Made by a program: the position numbers and the translations under genes. Positions 17,608-28,372 of a stretch of 64,000 bases of DNA are shown here, in pieces (position 1 is the stretch's first letter; each line of letters begins with the position of its first letter). The notes beneath the pieces were generated by a model. The model did no database searches, was not told the origin of the DNA, and worked only from the letters and a program-made list of their open reading frames with translations. The stretch spans positions 862,164-926,163 of the forward strand of contig OZ241898.1 in assembly GCA_965203525.1 (NCBI GenBank), read 5' to 3'. The stretch comes from Vicinamibacterales bacterium (lineage in GTDB: Bacteria; Acidobacteriota; Vicinamibacteria; Vicinamibacterales; UBA8438).

Positions 17608-20537
17608 CCCCGGCGCCGTCCGCGGCGCAGGTGCGCGCGCAGGCGCAGGCGGTCCGCGACCGCTACCCGGAGGCGCGCGTCATCGGGATCCAGGCGCCGG
17701 CGTGCGGCGGTCCGTTGCCGGCGGTCCGCCTCGGCGCGGACCGCGCGCCGCTCGTCCGTTGCGACTCGGTCCTCGCCCTGCGCGAACGGCTCGTGGACCT
17801 GCCGGCCGGCGGTCCCCCGCTGGTCGTGCTCACCGGCCTGCCGCGGGACGAGCTGGGCGCCGACCTGCTGGCGCGGCTCGCCGGCGGGAAGCTGTTCCGG
17901 ATCGATCCCTGGCAACTGGTGAAGGCGCGCTGCGGAGCGCGCGCCGTCGACCCGCGTCTGGTCGAGCGCGGGGAAGAGCAGTCCTGGATCGCGCGGGCGC
18001 TCCTCGACACGGAGCCGGAGGCGGGCTACCCCCGCGCGCCGAGCGGGTTCCTGGCGGCGGAGACCGTCTGGCGCCATCTGTTCGAGACGCTCGCCGGCAT
18101 CCCGCGGGGCGAGCGGGACCCGGACGCGTTGCTCGCGTGGGCGCTGGCGGGGACGCCGCGGGAGACCCTGGCGGCGCTGCCGGAGGAGACGCGGGCGGGA
18201 CTGGCCGCCGCCGTCGAGGCCGGCGCCGGCCGGACGGCCCGCGTGCTGTTCGAGACGGCGGGCCGGATCGGCCGCGAAGCGGTCTCCGTCGGACTCGTGG
18301 CGGGCGTTCTGTTCGAGGCCGGGGGCGACGAACGGGCCGCGAAGGCGCGCGGCAAGCTCGAAGCGCGGCTCGGACTCGAGGAGCTGGACGCGGCGCTCGC
18401 GGGCCGGTGGACCGCCGCCGCCGCGCGGGTGCTGCGGCGCTGCCGGGCGCGCACCGGGGATCCGCCCGCGGCGCCGGCCGCCGTCCCGGCGGTGCTCGCC
18501 GGCGCCGATGCGCTGCTGCGGGAGCTGGGCGCCGGGGAACTGGCGTGGCGCAGCGCGATGCTGCCGGCGTCCCTCGATCAGCGTCTGGCCCGGTTCGCGC
18601 GGGAGCTGGCCGGGTTCGTCGACGGCGGCGCGGCCGGGGTTCCGGACTCGTTGCGCGCCGCGGGCCTCGAGGTGCTGGAGCACCGGCTCGCCGCGGACGA
18701 CGCGCGGCGCACCGCGGGCGTCGAGATGGCCCTGCGGCTGGCGGGCTGGCTGGCGCGGCGCCGCCGCGCCGGGGCGGGCCCGCCGCGCGGGTTCGGCGCG
18801 GCCGCCCGCGCGTACCGCGCCGAGGGGAGCTTCGTCGACCAGGCGCGCGCGCGCCTCTGGGACGGCGACGCTTCGCCGCCGCTCGCGGACGCCTGCGCCC
18901 GGCTGGCGCGGCGCGCGGACGAGGCCCGGCAGGAAGAGAACCGCGCGTTCGGCGCGCTGCTGGCGTCCTGGCCGGGGACCGGCGCGCACGACCGCGATCT
19001 GCTCGGGGTGGAAGAAGTCCTGGCGCGCCGGGTCGCGCCGCTCGCGAAAGTCCATCCGGTGCTGGTGCTGGTCGTCGACGCGATGAGCCTGCCGGTCTTC
19101 CGGGAGCTGGAGCACGATCTGGCGCGGCGCGGCTGGGTCGAGCTCCTGGCGGACGACGCGCCGGCCGGCGACGCGGCGCCGGCGCGGCCGACGGTGATCG
19201 CCGCCCTGCCCACGGTGACCGAGGTCTCCCGCACCAGCCTGCTGTGCGGCCGGATCACGTCCGGGAACGCGGCGACCGAGAAGGCGGGCTTCGCCGGGCA
19301 CGCGGGCCTCCGCGCGGCGGGCGGAGCGCAGGCGCCGCCGGTGCTGTTCCACAAGGGCGACCTGCGGGAAGCGGGCGCCGCGGGCCTCGCGACGGGCGTG
19401 GGCGCGGCGCTCGCGGACCCCGGCCAGCGGGTCGTCGGCGTGGTGATCAACGCCGTCGACGACCACCTGGCCAAGGGCGATCAGGTGCGCGTCCCCTGGA
19501 CCGCCGGCCACGTCCGCCCGGTCGAGGAACTGCTGGAGCGCTGCCGCGCCGGCGGGCGCGCCGTCGTGCTGGTGAGCGACCACGGGCACGTGATCGAGCG
19601 GGAGACGGAAATGCGCGCCGGGGACGGCCCGGAACGCTGGCGGGAGGCGGCCGGCCCGCCCGCCGCCGACGAGGTGCTGATCTCGGGGCCGCGCGTCGTC
19701 GCCCCCGGCCGGCGTCTGCTGGCGCCGTGGAGCGAGCGCGTCCGCTTCGGCATGAAGAAGAACGGCTACCACGGCGGCGCGGCGCTGCAGGAGGTGGTGC
19801 TGCCGCTCGGCGTCTTCGCGCCCCCGGACGCCGTGGCGCGCGTCGCCGGCTGGCGCGAGGTCCGCCCCGAGGCCCCCGGCTGGTGGGACTGGCGGAGCGA
19901 ACCGCTTCCGGCGTCCGCCGCCGCTGCGCCCGCGTCCGTGTCGCCGCCCCGGAGGTCGGTGGCGGAGGGGGAACCGCTTCCGGCGTCCGCCGCCGCTGTG
20001 CCGGATCCGGCGCCGGCGCTCCACGATCACGTCGTTGGCCGACCGCCCCACCGCGTTCATGCCGCCGTTGCGCCGGATCCGGCGCCGGCGCTCCACCCGG
20101 GGCCCGGGCCGGCGCGCCGCGCGGCCCGCCCGGGCGAGACCGGCGACCTGTTCGCCCTGCCGGAGCCGGAGCCTCCGCTGTCCCCGTCGGCGCCATCCCC
20201 GTCGGCGCCGAGTCGAGGAACCTGGATCGATCGGCTCTTCGCCACCGAGCAGTTCGCGGCGCAACGCCGGCGGGCGGCCCGCGCCGCGTTGTCCGACGAG
20301 CGAATCCGAATCATCCTGACCGCGCTCGACGCACGGGGCGGCACGCTGACCCGGGCCGCGCTGGGCACGATCCTCGGCGTGCCCGCCTTCCGGCTCGACG
20401 GCATCCTCTCCGCCCTGCGGCGGATCCTGAACGTCGACGGCTACGACGTGCTCGCCGTCGACGACGCGTCCGAGAGCGTCACCCTGAACCGCGGCCTGCT
20501 CCTCGTCCAGTTCGACGTCGACAGGAACCGGACGTAG
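17604..20537 (+). CDS. pglZ: BREX type 2 phosphatase-domain protein PglZ
   Basis: Alkaline-phosphatase-like motifs LVVDAMS, ALPTVTEVSRTSL, NAVDDHL, VSDHGH, GYHGG. C-terminal 'LRRILNVDGY' wHTH. GTG start overlaps the pglY stop. Confidence 0.92.
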   Translation: MTPAPSAAQVRAQAQAVRDRYPEARVIGIQAPACGGPLPAVRLGADRAPLVRCDSVLALRERLVDLPAGGPPLVVLTGLPRDELGADLLARLAGGKLFRIDPWQLVKARCGARAVDPRLVERGEEQSWIARALLDTEPEAGYPRAPSGFLAAETVWRHLFETLAGIPRGERDPDALLAWALAGTPRETLAALPEETRAGLAAAVEAGAGRTARVLFETAGRIGREAVSVGLVAGVLFEAGGDERAAKARGKLEARLGLEELDAALAGRWTAAAARVLRRCRARTGDPPAAPAAVPAVLAGADALLRELGAGELAWRSAMLPASLDQRLARFARELAGFVDGGAAGVPDSLRAAGLEVLEHRLAADDARRTAGVEMALRLAGWLARRRRAGAGPPRGFGAAARAYRAEGSFVDQARARLWDGDASPPLADACARLARRADEARQEENRAFGALLASWPGTGAHDRDLLGVEEVLARRVAPLAKVHPVLVLVVDAMSLPVFRELEHDLARRGWVELLADDAPAGDAAPARPTVIAALPTVTEVSRTSLLCGRITSGNAATEKAGFAGHAGLRAAGGAQAPPVLFHKGDLREAGAAGLATGVGAALADPGQRVVGVVINAVDDHLAKGDQVRVPWTAGHVRPVEELLERCRAGGRAVVLVSDHGHVIERETEMRAGDGPERWREAAGPPAADEVLISGPRVVAPGRRLLAPWSERVRFGMKKNGYHGGAALQEVVLPLGVFAPPDAVARVAGWREVRPEAPGWWDWRSEPLPASAAAAPASVSPPRRSVAEGEPLPASAAAVPDPAPALHDHVVGRPPHRVHAAVAPDPAPALHPGPGPARRAARPGETGDLFALPEPEPPLSPSAPSPSAPSRGTWIDRLFATEQFAAQRRRAARAALSDERIRIILTALDARGGTLTRAALGTILGVPAFRLDGILSALRRILNVDGYDVLAVDDASESVTLNRGLLLVQFDVDRNRT

Positions 20538-20643
20538 CCCGCGACGGCGAGAGCCGTCGGAATCGAATCCCCGGGATTCCAGGTGTGGAGACCGTCCCCG
20601 GTGTCTCCGCGCGGCCCGGAACGGCGGGCGCTATGATCGCCGG

Positions 20644-22038
20644 ATGCCCGCTGCGTCGACGGCCGGCCGCGATGCGGACGCCGGGACCGCGACGAGTCCC
20701 CGGCGCCGCCGCGAGATCGTCGACGCGCTCCGCCGCGGCACCGTGCCGCGGCGCGGCCTGGAGGCCTTCGCGGTCGGCCTCGATCCGTTCGCGTCCGCGC
20801 TGGCGGACGAGCTGGCGGCGGTGGCGGCCGGCGGCGCGCAGTGCAAGGCGGTCCGCGGCGAGTACGGCAGCGGCAAGACGTTCTTCGTGCGCTGGCTGCA
20901 GGAGCGGGCGAAGCGGCAGGGATTCGCGGCGGCCGAGGTGCAGATCTCGGAGACCGAGACCCCGCTGCACCGGCTGGAGACGGTGTACCGGCGGCTCGTC
21001 GAGCGCCTTTCGACCGCGGACACCCACGAGGGCGCGCTCCGTTCGATCCTCGACAACTGGTTCTACGCGCTGGAGGAAGACGTCCTGGCCGAGGGGGGCG
21101 TCGGCGAGGGGGAGACCGACGCGCTGCTGGCGCGGACCGCCGATCTGCTGGAGCGGCGCCTCGCGGCGGTCGCCCGCCGCGCGCCCGCCTTCGCGACCGC
21201 GTTGCGGGCGTACCGGCAGGCCGCGGCCGCGGGCGAGCGCGCCACCGCCGAGGCGCTGCTGGCCTGGGTCGGCGGGCAGCCGAACGTCGGCGCGGCGGCC
21301 AAGCGGTACGCGGGGGTCAAGGGCGACCTGGACCACTTCGGCGCGCTCGGCTTCCTGCAGGGGTTGCTGGTCATCCTGCGCGACTCCGGCTTCGCCGGTC
21401 TCGTGGTGGTCCTCGACGAGGTGGAGACGCTGCAGCGCGTCCGGGGCGACGTGCGCGAGAAGAGCCTGAACGCCCTGCGGCAGTTGATCGACGAGATCGA
21501 CGCCGGACGGTTCCCCGGCCTCTACCTCGTCGTCACCGGCACGCCCGCGTTCTTCGACGGACCGCAGGGCGTGCGGCGGCTGCCGCCTCTCGCGCAACGG
21601 CTCGACGCGGACTTCTCCGGGGACCCGCGCTTCGACAATCCGCGCGCGCCGCAGGTGCGGCTGCGGACCTTCGACCTGGACCGGCTGCGGGAGGTCGGCC
21701 GGCGGATCCGCGATCTGTACGCCGCGGGGGCGGCCGCGCCGGCGCGCGTCCGGGAGCGCGCCGGCGACCCGTACCTGGACGATCTCGCGCGGGCCGTCAC
21801 CGGGGGCCTCGGCGGCCGGGTCGGCGTCGCCCCGCGCGTCTTCCTCAAGAAGCTGGTCCAGGACGTGCTGGACCGCATCGACCTGCACCCGGCGTTCGAT
21901 CCGCGCCGCGACTACGCCCTCACCCTGGCCGACGGCGAGCTGACCGACGTCGAGCGCAACGCCCGCGCCGCATCGGAACCGCCGTCCTCGCCGCGCGCCG
22001 CCGCGCGCACGCCGGACGACGTCGAACTCGACCCGTGA
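20644..22038 (+). CDS. brxD: BREX ATP-binding protein BrxD
   Basis: ALRRGTVP..GL, Walker A GEYGSGKT, EVQISETETPLH, VLDEVETLQR. Position after pglZ. Confidence 0.93.
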   Translation: MPAASTAGRDADAGTATSPRRRREIVDALRRGTVPRRGLEAFAVGLDPFASALADELAAVAAGGAQCKAVRGEYGSGKTFFVRWLQERAKRQGFAAAEVQISETETPLHRLETVYRRLVERLSTADTHEGALRSILDNWFYALEEDVLAEGGVGEGETDALLARTADLLERRLAAVARRAPAFATALRAYRQAAAAGERATAEALLAWVGGQPNVGAAAKRYAGVKGDLDHFGALGFLQGLLVILRDSGFAGLVVVLDEVETLQRVRGDVREKSLNALRQLIDEIDAGRFPGLYLVVTGTPAFFDGPQGVRRLPPLAQRLDADFSGDPRFDNPRAPQVRLRTFDLDRLREVGRRIRDLYAAGAAAPARVRERAGDPYLDDLARAVTGGLGGRVGVAPRVFLKKLVQDVLDRIDLHPAFDPRRDYALTLADGELTDVERNARAASEPPSSPRAAARTPDDVELDP

Positions 22039-24188
22039 GCCGTCCGTCCGCGTTCGACCGCCTGCACCCGGCCCTGCGGCACCACGTCGTCAACTCGCTC
22101 GGGTGGACCTCGCTCCGCCCGCTGCAGGAAGCGGCCGTCGGCCCGGTGCTCGACGGCGACCACGTCCTGCTGCTGGCGCCGACCGCTGGCGGCAAGACGG
22201 AGGCGGCGGTGTTCCCGCTGCTGTCGCGGATGCTCGGCGGCGGATGGCGCGGGCTGAGCGTGCTCTACGTCTGCCCGATCAAGGCGCTGCTGAACGACCT
22301 GGAGCCGCGGCTGCGCGCCTGCGCCGATCCGCTCGGGCGGCGGGTCGACCGCTGGCACGGCGACGTCGGCGCCGCCCGCCGGCGGCGGATCGTGCGGGAG
22401 CCGCCCGATCTGCTGCTGACCACGCCCGAGTCGATCGAGGTGCTGCTCGTCTCGAACCGGGCGGAGCCGCGCGTGCTGTTCCGGGATCTGCAGGCGGTGG
22501 TGGTCGACGAGCTGCACGCCTTCGCCGGCGACGACCGGGGCTGGCATCTGCTCGCGGTGCTGGAGCGGGTGGGCCGGCTGGCGGGCCGCGAGGTCCAGCG
22601 ACTGGGGCTCTCGGCGACGATCGGCAACCCCGAGGCGCTGCTCGACTGGCTCGCTCCCGCGTCGTCCCGGCCGCGGCGGGTCGTCGCGCCGGAGGGCGGG
22701 ACGTCGGCGCCGGCAGCCTTGCCGGTGGGGGGGAGCTCGCGATCGCCGCCGGAGCCGTCGGTCCACCTGGACTACGTCGGCAGTCTGCGGAACGCGGCGC
22801 GGGTGGTGGCGGCGCTCCACCGGGGCGAGAAACGCCTGGTGTTCTGCGACAGCCGCGGCCGGGTCGAGGCGCTCGCGGCGGCGCTCCGGGAAGCCGGGAC
22901 GGAGACCTTCGTTTCCCACGGTTCGCTCGGCCTGGACGAACGCCGGCGCTCCGAGGAGGCGTTCGCCCAGGGGCGCGACTGCGTCATCGTCGCCACCAGC
23001 ACGCTGGAACTCGGCCTCGACGTCGGCGACCTCGACCGCGTGATCCAGATCGACGCCCCGCCGACCGTCGCCGCGTTCCTGCAGCGGCTGGGCCGCACCG
23101 GCCGCCGCGCCGGCACGGCGCGGAACTGCCTGTTCCTGGCGACCGCCGACGACGGCTTCCTGCGCGCGGCGGGCCTGCTGCGGCTCTGGCGCGCCGGCTA
23201 CGTCGAGCCGGTCGTCCCGCCGCCGGAGCCGTTTCACGTCTTCGCGCAGCAGATCCTGGCGCTCGTCCTCCAGGAAGGGCGCATCGGCCGCTCCACGTGG
23301 CGCGAGTGGCTGGGCGCGATGCCCGCCTTCCGTGCGATGGAGGGCGCGCGCCTCGACGACGTCCTCGAATTCATGCTGGCGCGGGGCATCCTGCACGAAG
23401 AGGCCGGGATGCTGGCGATGGGTCCGGAAGGCGAGCGCGTCTTCGGCCGGCGCCACTTCCTGGACCTCCTGTCGGTCTTTACCGGTGAACCCCTGTTCGC
23501 CGTGCGCCACGGGCGGACGGAGCTGGGACTCGTTCATCCGCTGTCGTTCCAGGTCCGGCGCGCCGGCCCGGTGGTCCTGCTGCTCGCGGGCCGCGGCTGG
23601 GAGGTGTCGCACGTCGACCGGGCCCGGCGGGTGGCGTACGTGCGGGCCACGACGAGGGAGCGGGGGCGGTCGTGCTGGATCGGGACGGGCGTTCCCCTCG
23701 GCTTCGCGCTCTGCCGCGCCATCCGGCGGGTTCTGGCCGACGGCGCGCCGGACGTCGAGCTGAGCCGGCGCGCCCGCGGCAGGCTGGCGAAGATCCGCGG
23801 GGACTTCGACTGGGTCGACGCCGCCGGCACCGCGGTCGTCCGGGACGCCGCCGGCGCAAGCCGCTGGTGGACGTTCGCCGGCCTGCGGGCCAATACGTCC
23901 CTGGGAGAGGCGCTCGGTCCGCTGCGCCGGCAAGGCGCCCGCGAGGAGAACCTGTCGATCCGGCTGCGGGACGGCGCCGGCGCCGACGACGTCAGGAGAC
24001 GACTCGACGGCGAGGGCGCGGCGGCGGCGCGCGTCTTCCCGGTGACGGACGCGGCCGTCGAGTCGCTGAAGTTCTCCGCGTGCCTGCCGCCCGGGCTCGC
24101 TGGCCGCACCCTGCGGGCGCGCGGGACCGACGCCGAGGCGGTCGGCACGTGCCTGCGGGAGCCGGTGCGCCACGTCGTCCTGACGTGA
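22035..24188 (+). CDS. brxHI: Lhr-like DEAD/DEAH helicase BrxHI
   Basis: APTAGGKTE, TTPES, DELH, SAT, TSTLELGLDVG, QRLGRTGRR. GTG overlaps the brxD stop. Confidence 0.88.
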   Translation: MSRPSAFDRLHPALRHHVVNSLGWTSLRPLQEAAVGPVLDGDHVLLLAPTAGGKTEAAVFPLLSRMLGGGWRGLSVLYVCPIKALLNDLEPRLRACADPLGRRVDRWHGDVGAARRRRIVREPPDLLLTTPESIEVLLVSNRAEPRVLFRDLQAVVVDELHAFAGDDRGWHLLAVLERVGRLAGREVQRLGLSATIGNPEALLDWLAPASSRPRRVVAPEGGTSAPAALPVGGSSRSPPEPSVHLDYVGSLRNAARVVAALHRGEKRLVFCDSRGRVEALAAALREAGTETFVSHGSLGLDERRRSEEAFAQGRDCVIVATSTLELGLDVGDLDRVIQIDAPPTVAAFLQRLGRTGRRAGTARNCLFLATADDGFLRAAGLLRLWRAGYVEPVVPPPEPFHVFAQQILALVLQEGRIGRSTWREWLGAMPAFRAMEGARLDDVLEFMLARGILHEEAGMLAMGPEGERVFGRRHFLDLLSVFTGEPLFAVRHGRTELGLVHPLSFQVRRAGPVVLLLAGRGWEVSHVDRARRVAYVRATTRERGRSCWIGTGVPLGFALCRAIRRVLADGAPDVELSRRARGRLAKIRGDFDWVDAAGTAVVRDAAGASRWWTFAGLRANTSLGEALGPLRRQGAREENLSIRLRDGAGADDVRRRLDGEGAAAARVFPVTDAAVESLKFSACLPPGLAGRTLRARGTDAEAVGTCLREPVRHVVLT

Positions 24189-24210
24189 AGCAACGCTTTC
24201 CGGCGGTCGC

Positions 24211-24395
24211 CGCCCGCCTGATTCCGGCCGGGACGCCGCTACGCGGTGCGGCTACGCCGTCGCGGTTTCGTCGCCCGCCTGGATTCCGGCCGGGGCGCCG
24301 ATACGTGCGGTGCGGCTACGCCGTCGCGGTTTCGTCGCCCGCCTGGATTCCGGCCGGGACGCCGCTGCGCGCGGCGGCTACGCCGTCGCGGTTTC
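24211..24395. repeat. Three tandem ~62-bp copies containing the 3' end of the Uma2 gene
   Basis: cgcccgcctg(g)attccggccggg...gcggctacgccgtcgcggtttcg is repeated three times. Confidence 0.85.
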
Positions 24396-25109
24396 GGCGG
24401 CGCCCTGCTCGCGCACGCGGATGCTGGCGCGCCGGCGGCGGCGTACGATGCGGGCGACCGCCTCCCGGCGTTCGTCCGGCGTCAGGCTGAACCGCACGCC
24501 GTCCACGGCCTCGCGGACGTCGCCCGCGGTGAGGCCGCCGAGGAGGTGCGAGGCGGCGAGCTCGCGCGGCGGCGTTCCGGGGCGCAGGGCGAGGAACTCC
24601 ACCCGCAGTTCGCGGGTCCCCTTGCGTCCGCGCACCCGCCACAGTTCGCGCACGCCCAGGTTGCCGTAGCGTTCGACCTTGCCTTCGTCCGCATACGTGA
24701 CTTCGACCTCGACCACGAGATCGGGCGGCGTGCGTTCGAAGAAGGCGTCGGCGGCCGCCTCTCCGTCGACGAGGGCGGCCCGATAGGCTCTGGCGCGTTC
24801 GCCGACGTAGAACGCGCAATCCGGCTCCATTCCCGTGCCCGGGGGATCGCCCGGCCCGCGGAGCCGGGTGTCGCGGAGGCCCTTCGAAGCGCCGGTGACG
24901 GCGCTCCCCGCGGCATCGACGACGTCGTCGAGGATCGCGGCCAGATCGCCGTGGAGGCGCGAGGGGGTCGTCAGGGTGATGATCCCGCGCACGGGATCGA
25001 GGCAGACGCGGCGGAACCACCGGTTCCAGTCGACGGCGGCGAGCTCGGCCACCGTTCCGGCATCGGCGCGCAGGACGTGGATGGTGGACCCGAGCGGCCC
25101 GGTGCGCAT
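24378..25109 (-). CDS. Uma2 (DUF820) family PD-(D/E)XK endonuclease-like protein
   Basis: MEPDCAFYV, PPDLVVEVEVT, K..RY..LGVRELW motifs. Start codon uncertain. Confidence 0.8.
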   Translation of the reverse strand: MRTGPLGSTIHVLRADAGTVAELAAVDWNRWFRRVCLDPVRGIITLTTPSRLHGDLAAILDDVVDAAGSAVTGASKGLRDTRLRGPGDPPGTGMEPDCAFYVGERARAYRAALVDGEAAADAFFERTPPDLVVEVEVTYADEGKVERYGNLGVRELWRVRGRKGTRELRVEFLALRPGTPPRELAASHLLGGLTAGDVREAVDGVRFSLTPDERREAVARIVRRRRRASIRVREQGAAETATA

Positions 25110-25234
25110 CGTGGGTTCCCGGCCGCCCGCGGCGCGTTCGTCCTGTTTCGCCACTCGTCCACGATAGCACGGCGCCGCACGCCGCGCGGCGGGACCGGCG
25201 GACCGAGCGGGGCCGGGCTGGCCGAGCCGGCGGC

Positions 25235-26971
<1,737 letters not shown>

Positions 26972-26992
26972 GATCCGTCCGCTCCGGTGGCG

Positions 26993-28005
26993 CTACGGCG
27001 CCGGGAAGCGCCCGATGCGCTCGCCGCCGCCGACTCCGCCGACCCAGATCTCGTCGCCGACCTGGATGGCGGCCGTGCCGAGGACGACGTGTTCGTTCGA
27101 GGGGTAGCGGACGATCTCCTCGGTGGCGAGGCTGTCGGGCAGGATCTTCGCCACCCGCGACGTGACCCCGCCGCATGCGCCTTCGCCGAGACAGGCGAAG
27201 ATCGAGTCCGGCCCGCTCCCCGCGTGGCCGGCCGCCAGCAGCGTGCCGTCGGGGGCCCAGTGGACGTTGTCGACGTGGAAACCGACCTCGACCGCATCGA
27301 CCACCGGCGGCGTCCGTCCCCGCGACAGGCGGATCAGCGACCGCGTGCCCCAGCCGCCGACGTACAGCCAGCGTCCGTCGGGCGACGCCTCGACGCCGTT
27401 CGGGCCCGCCGTCGCGCTGCCCGGCACCTCCGTCCAGCCGGCGCCCGGCCGCCACTCCCACAGCTCGCCGGCCGAACGCTGGAAGTTGGTCGCGACGAAG
27501 CCGCCGTCCGGCAGCGCCGAGACCGAATTCAGGCCGACGCCGTCCGGCGCCACCGCGCATCCGACCCAGGTGACGGCCGGCTCCGCGCCGCGCGCGTCGA
27601 GCTCGAACACCTCGACCGCCTCGCGGGCGCCGTGGCGGACGACGTACAGGGTGTGCAACCCGTCGCCGCCGGCCGCAGGCCGAGGCCGTGCGGCCGGAAG
27701 CCGCTCGTGTCGGGGCCGGGGCAGGCGCCGTAGGCCGCCGTGTCGTGCCGCGGCGCCGACGTCGCGGCGGGGTAGATCGGCCGCGACGTGCCGTCGCGCG
27801 CGTCGGTGGCGTACAGGCGTCCTTCGTCCGCCATGCTCGACACGACGACCCAGGGCGACTCCGGCACCGCGGCCAGGTCTTCCGGGTTCACCGGCCCGCA
27901 GACGAACTCCACGCCGCCGTCCGGATCGCACTGCGCCGCGCCGGGGACGGGCAGCGCCAGCAGGCAGACGGCCGCCGGCGACATCAGCAGCATGCGCGCC
28001 CTCAT
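26993..28005 (-). pseudogene. Secreted SMP-30/arylesterase-like six-bladed beta-propeller with one frameshift near 27670
   Basis: Signal peptide + NPEDL...FRPHGLGLR in one frame (27529-28005 ORF). LYVVRHGAREAVEVFEL...GPNG...DNV continues in another frame (26993-28303 ORF). Confidence 0.7.
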
Positions 28006-28372
28006 GGTTTCCTCCTCTCGCGGGTCGCCCGGCTCTCGCGGATTGCCCGGCCGAACCCCGCGCGATTATGTCACGCGGCCGCGGCGGCGCCAGCCCCCGG
28101 ACCGTCCGCCGCGCGCGTTCGGGCGCCCCCCGTCCCCGCGCGCGGCCGGCGTTGCGCCAGCCGCCACAGGTGCCGCCGATGGCTCCGGCCCCGTCCCCGT
28201 GCGCGGCCGGCGTTGCGCTTGCGCCGCGGAAAGGGGATGATCGGCGGCGCGGAGGAGACTCGTGAACGAGTGCGTTCCGGCGCGTCGCCGCGGCCGGGCG
28301 CACGGTTGCCGGCGGTCACGGTTGCGCTCCGCCCGGCTGCCGGAAACACCCTGGAACGTCGAGGAACAGACG

